The notes below the pieces were generated by a model. The model saw only the letters and a list, made by a program, of their open reading frames with translations. It was not told the origin of the DNA and ran no database searches. The position numbers and the translations under genes were made by a program. This document shows, piece by piece, positions 36,468-46,600 of a DNA stretch of 64,000 nt (position 1 is the first letter of the stretch; each line of letters opens with the position of its first letter). The stretch comes from Candidatus Woesearchaeota archaeon (GTDB lineage Archaea > Nanobdellota > Nanobdellia > Woesearchaeales > B29-G15), in the NCBI GenBank assembly GCA_017610005.1, contig JAFCCU010000001.1, forward strand, positions 1,478 through 65,477, in the 5' to 3' direction.

Positions 36468-36605
36468 ATGGTTCGATATAAATGTTTTAATTGTAACGAA
36501 GAAGTTGCTATGGATTATGTGAGAAAAAGAATCAGATGTCCTTATTGTGGTTCAAAAATCATTTACAAAGCAAGAGAACGTGTGACTCATGTTAAGGCAA
36601 GATGA
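36468..36605 (+). CDS. rpoP: RNA polymerase subunit P (Rpo12), 45 aa
   Basis: Not in ORF track. MVRYKCFNC...IRCPYCGSKIIYKAR...VKAR; canonical position after rpl37ae. Confidence 0.93.
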   Translation: MVRYKCFNCNEEVAMDYVRKRIRCPYCGSKIIYKARERVTHVKAR

Positions 36606-36835
36606 AGTATAGTTGTGTCTTAAAAATACCTAACGATAAAAAACTCTTTATGTCTCTTGAGCCAGAAATGACCAAGAGTAAAAGAGCTTCATGGAAATTA
36701 AATAAAACCAAGGCGGAAGTGCAATTTTTTGCGGAAGATATTTCTGCAATGAGGGCATTGTTTAATTCATTAACAAAATTACTTTCAGTCTGGGAGACTG
36801 TTGAAAATGGAACTACCACAAGACGCTCAAGATAA
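36602..36835 (+). CDS. pcc1: KEOPS complex subunit Pcc1
   Basis: SLEPE...R...AEDISAMRALFNS; conserved gene order. Confidence 0.85.
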   Translation: MKYSCVLKIPNDKKLFMSLEPEMTKSKRASWKLNKTKAEVQFFAEDISAMRALFNSLTKLLSVWETVENGTTTRRSR

Positions 36836-37145
36836 AATAAAACAATTACAAAATTACGAACAAAAGGTTCAAGCGCTAGGGCTCCAACGCCATAAAGTCG
36901 AGGGAGAATTAACTGAAATTGAATCTGCACTTTCTGCATTAGAAGATAAGAAAACTAAAGATGTTTACAAAATTGTTGCAAATGTTATGGTTTCAGCAGA
37001 AAAAGAGCCATTAATTAAGGATTTAGCAACTCAAAAGAAAAAAATTGAGATTAGAATTTCTTCTCTTGAAAAACAAGAAAATGAGTTAAGAACTGTTGCT
37101 GAAGCAATGCAAGCCGAAGTTCTAAAGAAAATGAAGGATAAGTAA
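36807..37145 (+). CDS. pfdB: Prefoldin beta subunit
   Basis: Coiled coil-VYKIVANVMV-coiled coil; conserved gene order. Confidence 0.9.
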   Translation: MELPQDAQDKIKQLQNYEQKVQALGLQRHKVEGELTEIESALSALEDKKTKDVYKIVANVMVSAEKEPLIKDLATQKKKIEIRISSLEKQENELRTVAEAMQAEVLKKMKDK

Positions 37146-37146
37146 G

Positions 37147-37392
37147 ATGACAAACGAAACTCTTGAGCAAATTCATTCAATCATTCAAGAATTAAAAGAT
37201 GATGGATCAATTCCAAAAAATGTTATAGCAAAATTAGAAGTTATGGAAAAAATCTTCGAAAATGGTGATGACTTATATATTAAAGTAGATAAAGCATTAC
37301 AAGTTGTTGAAGAAGTTGTCGATGATTCTAACCTTCAACCATTTATGAGAACAAGACTTTGGAATATTAGTTCTTTACTTGAGAGTATGTGA
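37147..37392 (+). CDS. UPF0147 family protein
   Basis: D.SIPKNV...DSNL..F.RT.LWNI.S.LE pattern. Confidence 0.85.
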   Translation: MTNETLEQIHSIIQELKDDGSIPKNVIAKLEVMEKIFENGDDLYIKVDKALQVVEEVVDDSNLQPFMRTRLWNISSLLESM

Positions 37393-38241
37393 TCTTGGAG
37401 TGTATTTAGTTAATTTCTCAATTCCATATTCTAAACTTGTACCATTAAAAGCTCGTCTTATACACATCTTATTTACTTGTTCAACACATTTGTCTGATAA
37501 ATTAAAAAATACATTTCCTTTTGAAGCGGCAGTTAATAATTCAGTAGCATTGTAATTGCCATTTAATACATCTGAAAGCTCAATAACACTAAGCTGATAA
37601 TCACTTCTTTGTCCATTGGGAAAGAAACTTACTACTGCAATATTCTCTTCACCTTCACTTGCCAACAATGAGTTAATTTCACGCATGTCAAATGCAGGAA
37701 TATTTACCTTTCCCTTTGAAGATTTATATTGAAAAATAGAAATATAATCTAACAATTTCTCATGGCCGATGGTAAAATCCAAAGGTAAAGGCATTTTTAA
37801 TGCACCTTGATTAATGACTCCTGCAGTCGCTTCACTTAATTTTTTTTCAAGTAATTCATATCTTGGCCCTTCAATTGGAAACCATGTCGTGTCAACTTGG
37901 TCCATGTGGGGAAAAAATAAACTTGTATCTGTACTCCCGGAAGTTGCAGGTTTATTTGTGTCTGTTTTTAGCATCCCTAGTGCCCACAGGCCCCCTTCAG
38001 TTCTTGTTACATCATAAATATCAAGTTTTGAATTTATGCAAGGGCCACTAACGCATTCTCTTCCATAGCTAAGATTTTTAGATTCAATCCACTCTGGTTC
38101 TTCAATAAACCTTATTTCTACTTGATCCAATAATTTTTGGTCCACCGGGTATGGGAGTGAAATAGTTTCAGAAACCCCTGAAGCCATTACATAAAGATAA
38201 TTTCTTAAGGTGTTTGCAATACGCATAGCTAGGTCATCCAT
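37375..38241 (-). CDS. Hypothetical protein
   Basis: 288 aa ORF with no motif recognised. Confidence 0.65.
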   Translation of the reverse strand: MDDLAMRIANTLRNYLYVMASGVSETISLPYPVDQKLLDQVEIRFIEEPEWIESKNLSYGRECVSGPCINSKLDIYDVTRTEGGLWALGMLKTDTNKPATSGSTDTSLFFPHMDQVDTTWFPIEGPRYELLEKKLSEATAGVINQGALKMPLPLDFTIGHEKLLDYISIFQYKSSKGKVNIPAFDMREINSLLASEGEENIAVVSFFPNGQRSDYQLSVIELSDVLNGNYNATELLTAASKGNVFFNLSDKCVEQVNKMCIRRAFNGTSLEYGIEKLTKYTPRSHTLK

Positions 38242-38327
38242 AAGGCCAACTGTTCTTTCATCCTTTAAAAGCCTAACTGTTAAGTGATAACAAAAAACCT
38301 TTAATATAATTAATCTAATTTCATTGA

Positions 38328-38819
38328 ATGGAAGAAATCTTGGACCAAGTTGATGTGAATGATAATGTTATTGGCACAGTTGAAAAGAGGTTTGCTAAAG
38401 TAAAGGGAGTAATTCATAGAATAGTACATATCATCATTTTTGATAAAAAAGGTAAGATCGCCCTTCAAAAGCGTTCCAAGGAAGTGTCTTATATGCCTGG
38501 TGCATGGGTAACAACTGCTGGAGGGCATGTAATCTCAGGTGAAACTTATTTGCAGGGTGCAAACAGAGAACTATTTGAAGAACTTGGAATCAAACTAGAA
38601 TTAGAAAAGCTCTTTTATGATTTTTATGAAACTGATAGAGTTACTGAATTTTTAACAACATTTAAAGCAGTTTATGAAGGGGAATTTAATTTAAACCCTA
38701 AAGAAGCAGAGTGGGTAGAATATTTCACTTTAGAAGAAATTCAAAAGATGATTAATAATGGAGAACTTTTCCACACAGAACTATTATTTTTACTTAAAAA
38801 ACACTTTAACGTTTCTTAA
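38328..38819 (+). CDS. NUDIX hydrolase (YfcD/IDI-like)
   Basis: HRIVHI, LQKRS..., GGHVISGE...ANRELFEELGI Nudix box. Confidence 0.9.
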   Translation: MEEILDQVDVNDNVIGTVEKRFAKVKGVIHRIVHIIIFDKKGKIALQKRSKEVSYMPGAWVTTAGGHVISGETYLQGANRELFEELGIKLELEKLFYDFYETDRVTEFLTTFKAVYEGEFNLNPKEAEWVEYFTLEEIQKMINNGELFHTELLFLLKKHFNVS

Positions 38820-39375
38820 CTTTAACTACTGTTTTATACATTGTGGTATTAGGTACAATTAAGAAGTCTTTTTCAGGTGTTTCCAACATTGTATCAAGCA
38901 GAGTCATCTCAATTATTTTACCTAAGGTATTATCAAATTCAATTTTATCTCCGACTTTAATATGCCAAAAGTGGAGCATATAAAAACCAGCAATAATATT
39001 TGGAAAGAAATCTTTTATCGCAATTACCATTGAAATAACGACGATAACAATTATTGCAATTGCTACAATATCAATAATCCTTGTAGTTAAGCTTAATTGG
39101 TTTAGGGCCATTATGATTGTAATAAAGTAGATAAAATAAGTAAATCCTGCAATTAAGATTTCTTCAATAGAAAATTTAAATCCTATTGTGTTTTCAAAAA
39201 ATTCGTTTAATTTTACACTGTTTAAAATTGTTCTTGCAAGAATACTAAACATTCTAGCAATAATAAACCCCACTAAAAGGATAACAACTGCTGCAACATA
39301 CTTTGTTACTAAGGGGGATGTTGCCCCGTTAAGAACTCCTACGAGTGATGCAATAATTGACATTTTATGCCACAA
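38806..39375 (-). CDS. Short MscS-like membrane protein
   Basis: TM helices followed by NIIAG, KVGDKI and VPN. Confidence 0.8.
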   Translation of the reverse strand: MWHKMSIIASLVGVLNGATSPLVTKYVAAVVILLVGFIIARMFSILARTILNSVKLNEFFENTIGFKFSIEEILIAGFTYFIYFITIIMALNQLSLTTRIIDIVAIAIIVIVVISMVIAIKDFFPNIIAGFYMLHFWHIKVGDKIEFDNTLGKIIEMTLLDTMLETPEKDFLIVPNTTMYKTVVKVKKR

Positions 39376-39421
39376 ATATTCTGTAGGGCTTTAAAAACCT
39401 TGTGTTCAGAGGAGTTGTTTA

Positions 39422-39793
39422 TCAGCCAAGCACTATTTCAAAAGCAACAAACTGGGCTTTTACTTGCCTACATTTCATCATTTTTAAAACTTCGACAGCT
39501 AGTTCATCTTTTGTTCCAGCTTCAGGATCAATTAATCTAAAGTCAACAATTTCCAAAATTTCATCAATTGTGCCTGTAATAACCTCTCCAACAACTCCTA
39601 GTGCATGAACCTTTCTGTATGCTCTTTGAAGGCTTACTTCCCTTCCAGGAAAAACCTTCTGGGGGGTGTACATTGCATTAGATGATAATCTTACTTCATA
39701 CCTTTTAGTTCCAGCCACAAATGCATCATAATATTTATCCTTCAACAAAACATGAAGTGGTTTACTATACATTAGAATATGAAAGTAGAGCAA
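39422..39793 (-). CDS. ASCH/PUA-like domain protein
   Basis: YYDAFVAGTKRYEVR (GxKxxExR). Confidence 0.75.
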   Translation of the reverse strand: MLYFHILMYSKPLHVLLKDKYYDAFVAGTKRYEVRLSSNAMYTPQKVFPGREVSLQRAYRKVHALGVVGEVITGTIDEILEIVDFRLIDPEAGTKDELAVEVLKMMKCRQVKAQFVAFEIVLG

Positions 39794-39794
39794 A

Positions 39795-40685
39795 TTAAAA
39801 AAGTTTTAGGTAATTTTCGTATTCTTTGATATATCTTTTTAAAAACCAACTAATAAAGATTCCATCTTCCTCTCGCAATTGGGCCTTTTCAAGTGCATTA
39901 TAATAGCCTGCCCTTTTTTCGTAAGCAATATTTAACATAGGAAACTGGTTTTTGTTTAGAATAAAATTCATAAGCATTCTAGAGGATCTCCCATTTCCAT
40001 CTGAGAATGGATGGATTGTAACAAATTTGAGATGAACTAAAGCCGCAAGGATTGCTGGGTGAATTTTTGATTTAGAGAAGTTGTACCATTTAATAAATTC
40101 ATATAATAGTGTGTCGAGTTCTGCAGGAAATGGTGGAGAGAATTTACTCCTTGAAATTGCTACTTGGTGATTCCTTATTTTGCCAGCGATATCTGGTTTG
40201 GTTATAGAAAAAAGCTTTTTATGCCAAAAAAAAATTGTTTGTAAGGATAAGTCTTGTTTATAACTTAACATATTAAAAAATACTTCTTTATGGGTTTCTG
40301 CTTCTGTAACATCTTTTATTGGTTTTTCGTTTGGGCTTAATTTTCTTTCAAGTAAATTAGCAGTTTCTTTGAGAGTTAAGGTTGAACCTTCAATTCTTTG
40401 GGAATTGTAGGTAAATTTTATCATAAATGTTTCTAGCTGTTTTGTTTTGGCAGAAGGGGGCATATGAGATAACTCATAACTAAAGTTTTTTTTAATTATA
40501 TTAATCTTTTTAATCCACAGTTCATCATAAATCTCAGAAAGTAGTTTTGCTTTAATACTTTCAATTTCTTCAGGGATTGTTTTTCCAATGTATCGTTGCT
40601 TCTTTTTGACTTTGTTTCCCTCTCTAAAACTATGCTCAAGATAGTAATACTTTCTCTTTTTAATAATTCTTTTAATAATTCTCAC
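39795..40685 (-). CDS. Fic-family protein with internal inhibitory motif
   Basis: HPFSDGNGRSSR catalytic motif and upstream SQRIEG (S/TxxxEG). N-terminal YYYLEHSFR..YIG domain. Confidence 0.93.
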   Translation of the reverse strand: MRIIKRIIKKRKYYYLEHSFREGNKVKKKQRYIGKTIPEEIESIKAKLLSEIYDELWIKKINIIKKNFSYELSHMPPSAKTKQLETFMIKFTYNSQRIEGSTLTLKETANLLERKLSPNEKPIKDVTEAETHKEVFFNMLSYKQDLSLQTIFFWHKKLFSITKPDIAGKIRNHQVAISRSKFSPPFPAELDTLLYEFIKWYNFSKSKIHPAILAALVHLKFVTIHPFSDGNGRSSRMLMNFILNKNQFPMLNIAYEKRAGYYNALEKAQLREEDGIFISWFLKRYIKEYENYLKLF

Positions 40686-40798
40686 TTATGAATATTATAC
40701 CTACTTATTTAAATAGTTTTCCTTTTCCTTCAAATTGTAGGTACAAAGATTATAAGTTAAAAAAAGATTAAAGCACTCCGCTTATGAGATTTTTATTT

Positions 40799-40937
40799 AA
40801 AATTTCGGAAGAAATTTTACAGGGGTTTAATACCCCGGACTTCAGTCCGAAATTTTTAATCCTAAAAATCCATCTTTTTTCGAGGACCGCAATACCCCAA
40901 CTTTTAAGTTGGGGATAGGTCCGAGTGATGGATTTTT
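40799..40937. repeat. Multi-hairpin intergenic element with two AATACCCC-led stems (MITE/REP-like)
   Basis: AAAATTTC-GGAA-GAAATTTT; CGGAC-TTCA-GTCCG; CCCCAACTT-TT-AAGTTGGGG nested within AAAAATCCATC...GATGGATTTTT. Confidence 0.7.
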
Positions 40938-41008
40938 GTTATTCCAATTTTATCAGGTATTTTTTAAACCACAGAATTTTTATATTATTTCAATTTATTA
41001 CAGTAAAT

Positions 41009-41317
41009 ATGGCACATTATAAGGGCCTAATCTCTTGCCCAATAAAAGAAGAAGCAGAAAAGATTTTAGCAATTTTGCTAGAACAAAAGCTTGCTGCAGG
41101 AGGATTTATAACAGATGGAATATCAAACCATTGGTGGCAAGGCAAAATTGATAAAGAACCGTATTGGAATATTTCTATTTTTACAATAAAAAAACACTTT
41201 GATAAAATAATAAATATTGTAGAAAAAGAATCCACAGACGACACTCCAGGAGTAACTTTTTACAAAATCGATTACGGAAATAAGAAATTTTTAGATTGGA
41301 TTACTCTCAATACTTAA
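41009..41317 (+). CDS. cutA: CutA divalent-cation tolerance protein
   Basis: EEAEKI...LLEQKLAAG...S.HWWQGKI...TP...FLDWI. ATG 41009. Confidence 0.85.
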   Translation: MAHYKGLISCPIKEEAEKILAILLEQKLAAGGFITDGISNHWWQGKIDKEPYWNISIFTIKKHFDKIINIVEKESTDDTPGVTFYKIDYGNKKFLDWITLNT

Positions 41318-41376
41318 GGCAACAGCTCTTTTTTCAGAGTTTCATTTAATTTAGAAAAGACTTCTTCAAATCGAAA

Positions 41377-41970
41377 TTATTGATTACTCGCCGGAATTTC
41401 TCCAAATTCACATTTAGTACAAGTCCATTCCATTTGCACCCAGTCTCCATCTGTTTTATATTGCCTTGCAGCTTCGGGTAACCATGCTTTAACATAAACA
41501 TGATTTGGAATAAAAACAAATTCTGTTTCAATCCCAATTGATTCTAACATTGATGCTAATAGAACAGAGCCATCATCACAGTCTCCTCCACCATTTTCAA
41601 TAGTAGATAAAGGATTTTGGATAAACTCTCTTGAAACTGGGTCATTAATATATGCAATATTGTCTCTAACAAAATAATATAATGCTTTTGCATAACAAAT
41701 CTTGTTTCCGTTTGGACAACCAGTTGTTGCGATAAAGTTAGCAACATGTTTTGCATTATCTACATCAATAGTAATTTTCTCAAGTGGAATAAGAGAATTA
41801 TTTGAAATTAGTTTTCTAACTTCCTCTAAACTAGGCAACTTTCCCGGCGATGGATCTGGGGAAATTGCATACCTTGGAATAAGCCAACCCACAATTAATA
41901 ATAATAAAAAAGCTGTAATAAAATAGATAAGAGGAGACTTTTTCCCTTCGTCAATAATTTCTTCTTCCAT
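41377..41970 (-). CDS. Membrane-anchored transglutaminase-like protein
   Basis: N-terminal TM, then GGGDCDD and NHVY catalytic Cys/His. Confidence 0.88.
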   Translation of the reverse strand: MEEEIIDEGKKSPLIYFITAFLLLLIVGWLIPRYAISPDPSPGKLPSLEEVRKLISNNSLIPLEKITIDVDNAKHVANFIATTGCPNGNKICYAKALYYFVRDNIAYINDPVSREFIQNPLSTIENGGGDCDDGSVLLASMLESIGIETEFVFIPNHVYVKAWLPEAARQYKTDGDWVQMEWTCTKCEFGEIPASNQ

Positions 41971-42021
41971 ATAATTATGTATATCAAAAAACATATAAAG
42001 CTTTTTACAATAATTCTATTC

Positions 42022-42723
42022 ATGGGCGTTAATCACATTGCAATAATTCTTGATGGCAATAGGCGCTATGCTGAAAAAATTGGAATTAGTAGGCTTAAGG
42101 GCCATGAACATGGTGCTAACACTATTCGAAGATTGCTCAAATGGGCTGCCTTATTAAGTGAAGAAAAACGAGATAAATATTGGCCAAGGATATTAACCCT
42201 TTATGCATTCTCTATGCAAAATTTTAATAGGCCCGAACATGAAAGAAAAGTAGTGCTTGGTTTGATTACAAAAGGATTTGAAGAGATCTTAACTAATAGA
42301 GAAATAGAGAAATTGCAAATTCAAGTAAATTTTCTAGGACGAATACATTTGTTGCCTAAAAAAACAAGATATGCAATTAACAAAGTAATTGAAAAGACAA
42401 AAGATTATAATAATTATAAAATTAATTTTTGTGTTGCATATGGTGGCAGGGAAGAAATTGTAGATGCAGTAAATAAAGTGATAAAAGAAAGAACAGAAAA
42501 CATAACAGAGAAAGAGTTTGAAGATTTTTTATATAGTAAGGATAATGTGGATCTTGTAATTAGAACAAGTGGAGAAAAAAGGACTAGTAACTATCTTCCT
42601 TGGCAAACAACTTATGCTGAATGGTTCTTTTTAGAAGAAACCTGGCCTGAATTTTCTCCAGAACTTTTTATGCAAATAACTGATGAGTTTCAAGAAAAAA
42701 GAGAGCGAAGGTTTGGAAAATGA
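42022..42723 (+). CDS. uppS: cis-prenyltransferase (undecaprenyl-diphosphate synthase family)
   Basis: HIAIILDGNRR, YAFS..NF.R, YGGREEI, IRTSGEKRTSNYLPWQ. Confidence 0.96.
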   Translation: MGVNHIAIILDGNRRYAEKIGISRLKGHEHGANTIRRLLKWAALLSEEKRDKYWPRILTLYAFSMQNFNRPEHERKVVLGLITKGFEEILTNREIEKLQIQVNFLGRIHLLPKKTRYAINKVIEKTKDYNNYKINFCVAYGGREEIVDAVNKVIKERTENITEKEFEDFLYSKDNVDLVIRTSGEKRTSNYLPWQTTYAEWFFLEETWPEFSPELFMQITDEFQEKRERRFGK

Positions 42724-43469
42724 AAACTCCCATCTTACAGGTTGAGAATTTGCCCTCAATTTGCTTAATGATTTCCGGCGAAGATTTTACCTTAGTTAAA
42801 TCAATTCTAAAAGAAATTGGTATTGAAATAAGTAAAGAACATAGGGCAAGGGAATTTTCTGTCTTTCATTCTTTAATTGAATCAAAAGAGTTTTCAATTG
42901 TAATTACTGGGCTTGGATCAGCTTCAATAGAACTTGCAACTCAAGAACTTTTGCAAAGTGGAGTTGATACAATTATTCTTGCTGGCACTTGCGGAGCTTC
43001 AAAAGATTATAAAATTGGCGAACCTGTATTTATTGAAAGTGGGGCATTTGAGAGAGGTTCACCTAACTATTATAAAGAATTTAAAGGAAAAAAATCTTGT
43101 GTTCACCCGGACTTTATCAATTCCTTGCCTGAATTAAAGCGTGGATCTATAATCTCTTCTGATTCTTTTTATGCTATTGGAGGGATACTAAAAGAAGGCA
43201 AGATTATTTACCTTGGGGCTAAAACTAGAATAGAACCAATTTGGGTTAATAAATTCCGTAAGCTTTACAATTCAAAAAGTTCATACTTAATAGACATGGA
43301 AACTGCATTTTTTTATGCATTTGGGGAGATTTTTGAAAACTTCAAATTTTGTGCAATTAAAGGAGTTTCAAATTATGTACCTTTTAATCCAATTAATATA
43401 ATAAAAGAAGAAAGATTGGCATTAAAAAACTCTATAAGTTCAAGTATTCTACTAATTTCTGAACTTTAA
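42720..43469 (+). CDS. Nucleoside phosphorylase family protein (PNP/UDP fold)
   Basis: TGLGSAS, LAGTCG, SSDSFY, DMETA, VSN. Confidence 0.8.
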   Translation: MKTPILQVENLPSICLMISGEDFTLVKSILKEIGIEISKEHRAREFSVFHSLIESKEFSIVITGLGSASIELATQELLQSGVDTIILAGTCGASKDYKIGEPVFIESGAFERGSPNYYKEFKGKKSCVHPDFINSLPELKRGSIISSDSFYAIGGILKEGKIIYLGAKTRIEPIWVNKFRKLYNSKSSYLIDMETAFFYAFGEIFENFKFCAIKGVSNYVPFNPINIIKEERLALKNSISSSILLISEL

Positions 43470-43540
43470 ATAAAACTTAATGTGATTCATAAGTTTAACT
43501 TTCATGAGGGGAAATGATTATTATCTCGTTAGTAGTACTC

Positions 43541-43554
43541 GAAAAGTATAAATA
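43541..43554 (+). promoter_or_regulatory. BRE/TATA promoter of the 3572-aa gene
   Basis: GAAAAG-TATAAATA. GAGGTG SD at 43615-43620 precedes ATG 43626. Confidence 0.6.
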
Positions 43555-43619
43555 CAAAGTAATTTCTAATTATTAGATTCAAATTAATTTTTGAAAGGGA
43601 ATGGTAGTAATACCGAGGT

Positions 43620-46600
43620 GTGGAAATGAAAAGAGGTATAGTTAGTAAGTATTTTATTTTAGTTGTTATGTGTTTATTGTTTTCTAGTGTGTTTGCCTCA
43701 GCAGAAGTCTTGACTTTAAACTTAAATCAAGCAGAGTTTGAAGAAGGCAAAACTGCAAGAGTTTTTGGTTATGTTTTAGATGATAGTCTTGGTGGCAAAC
43801 CCAATAATATAACTGATATGTACCTTGATGGGGTGTTTGTGAGTACACAAACATCTGACTCTGAAGGTTTTTATGAAGAATTTTTAACAAACTTAACCGC
43901 AGGAATACATAATGTAAGTGTTAATACTTCCTCTTCCACACAGGTATTACCATTTACAGTGTACGTTACTGCATCCATCCCTTCATACCAAATTATCGCA
44001 TCTTCTTTAACTGTTCCCTACAAAACTCACACCTTAAATTTTACAGTAAAAAAGTATTCTGGGAGTACTCTTTCAAGTGATACTATTGAATATGAAGTCT
44101 TTCACCAAAATGGTTCCCTTTATACCTCAGGTAACCTTACAAGTGATGTTGAAGAAAGTTTAGTACTACCTCAAATTGTTGGGTCTTATACAATTACTCT
44201 TGAAGGTAAGAAAAGCTTTGTTGCACAAGTATCTAAATTTGATTTAAAATTTAAAATCTCAGATATTGGTGGAAACTTCAAAGAAGTTTTTAAACCTAAT
44301 GGAATAGCTTATTTTGAAGTAGAAGGATTTTCTAATGGCCAAAAGATTACTAACGCTACTGTTACAGCAGAGGTTACTAGTCCTTCTGGAGCAGTTAGCA
44401 CTGTGTCATTTGTTGAAACTGAAGGAACCTATAATGGGAATACTAATGTAACTTTATCTGGTACTCCAATAACTTTGATGGGTGGAGATTACGATGTTGA
44501 ATTTATTGCCAAAGATCCATCAAACAATGAGCAGCGTGTAAAGGGCTTTTTCAAAGTATTAGGTCTTGCAGTTGATTTAGATTTGCAAAATAAAAAACCT
44601 TATGTTGAAGAAGATACAATTACTTTTGATGTTATTGTTAAAAATCTTGAAGATGGAACTTTAGTCAACCATAGCGATGTGGTTTACACAATTGAGTTGG
44701 AAAAAGACGGTAAATTTTATGATACTACTTTTATTACTCCAACTGCATCAAGTAATTCCGCTAAAACAAGTTTAATCTCATTTGATATTCCCTCTGAATT
44801 TGATGATGGAGATTATTTTTTGAATGTAAAAGCAAATTCAAATGGTAAGTTAGGTTATGGAAAAGAATATTTCTTGGTTAGAAACACTGAATTTTTCATT
44901 GAATTATCTGATAATTATGGGTGGTACAGAGATTCTTTCCAGCCAGGAGAACTTGCAAAACTTCAAGCGCATTCAGAAGATAACATTACTTTCTTACAAG
45001 TCTTTGTTTATGATGAATTGGGTGCCTTAAAATCACAAGTAAATATATCTGGTGAGTCAACAAGCATGGAAGTTACCTTTAATGTACCAAGTAATCAAGA
45101 TGATTACTTCGCAGAAGTTCATGGAACTATCAATGGTGAGGAGATTATTGATGATAGATGGTTTGCAGTTCAAAATTACTTTTCATTTTTAGATGTAAAA
45201 AATCTTGATAATCAGTTTCAATTTATGATTCCTGGAGATGAGGGATTTTTAACTGAAATTAGAGTAATGGATGTTGCTAAGGGTGAAGGAGTTGATTTAT
45301 CAAACTTTGTTGTTAAATTTGATAGAATTTTAAATGAAGAAACAGAAGTTGCTTATACAAGTATTAAGGCAACAGAGAATTCAACTTATTCTAACCGTGA
45401 AACCGGACAAATTGTTTTTAATATTGCATCAATGAATCTGCCAAATGGGCATTATAAGATTGAATATACACTTATTGATGAAAACGGTAAATCATTTAAG
45501 GGAAAAGGTTGGTTTGGTGTATCCTCATTTTTTGTTGATGTTTCAACTTATTCAGAAACTAGTCAAAGAAAAGAAGTATTCTCACCAGGAGATACTATCA
45601 ATGTATCCGTAAACATTGGAACAGAAACTGGAAACGCCACAATTTATAGAGAATTTTTTGATCCAATTACCTTTGAATTTCATAATGGAGAGGGATCAAC
45701 ATTACTAACTGCTTCAGCAAATGAGCTTCCTTCAGAAACTGGATGGTATCCTTTTGGAGTTGAAGTAGAATTAAATACTGGAGATGAAGGCTTTGGTGAA
45801 GGATGGTTTGAAATTAGAAGCTTGAACTTCAGAAGTATTGTAGCTAAAGATGCTGGAGAATTTTCTTCAGGAGATGATGTAATTGTTGATGTTGTTGTTG
45901 AACAGTCTGGAGTAGTTGTTGAGGGCGCAGATATTTACCTTGAAAGAGTTGTTAGAGCGCAAGATTGGCAAGATGTCTCTGCAACCGCAGGACTTAATGC
46001 TACTGATTCTCAAGGAAGGGCAGCATTAACTATTACTCCAGGAGAACCGCTTCCACCAGGCGATTATTTTGCAGATATTAGGGCAGAATATCAAAATGAC
46101 ATGGTGTGGGGAGGCCTTGGGTTTAGAGTTACTGGAGATGATGTATTAATCACAATAGACAGTACAGATAATTCATTTGCACAAACTGAAACTGTGCCAA
46201 TTAATGTGAAAGTAATTGACAGTAGTGGAAGTCCTAAAGAAAATGTTACAGTTAGTCTTGTTGGTATTATGAATCTTGAAACATGGGGTCCTGTGCCAAT
46301 AAGTAAGGCAGCAGTAAATACTTCTTCATCAGGAATTGCAACTTTCTCACTTTCAGCTGCAAATTACAATCCCGGGAGATATGCTCCAATTATTAATATA
46401 TCAACAATTGATAGTGTTATAGTTGGATTTGGTGATGGAGAATTTGAAATTAAACCATTTGATTCAACCTTGGGTTTCCAAGGCGATGAGTCATTTGCAA
46501 TTGCTGAAACTATTTTAGTTGATGTTACAATTGTAGGAACAGTTACAGTGACAGCAGAAGTCAAAGATATGGATAATAACGTTCAAACAATTGATTATTT

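Noticed and set aside
38328-38819. Isopentenyl-diphosphate isomerase type 1
   Set aside because: It has AGGHV rather than the catalytic Cys-containing motif, so it is called a generic NUDIX hydrolase.
40925-41008. N-terminal extension of CutA in the ORF track
   Set aside because: It overlaps the hairpin element and AT-rich promoter; ATG 41009 fits the family length.
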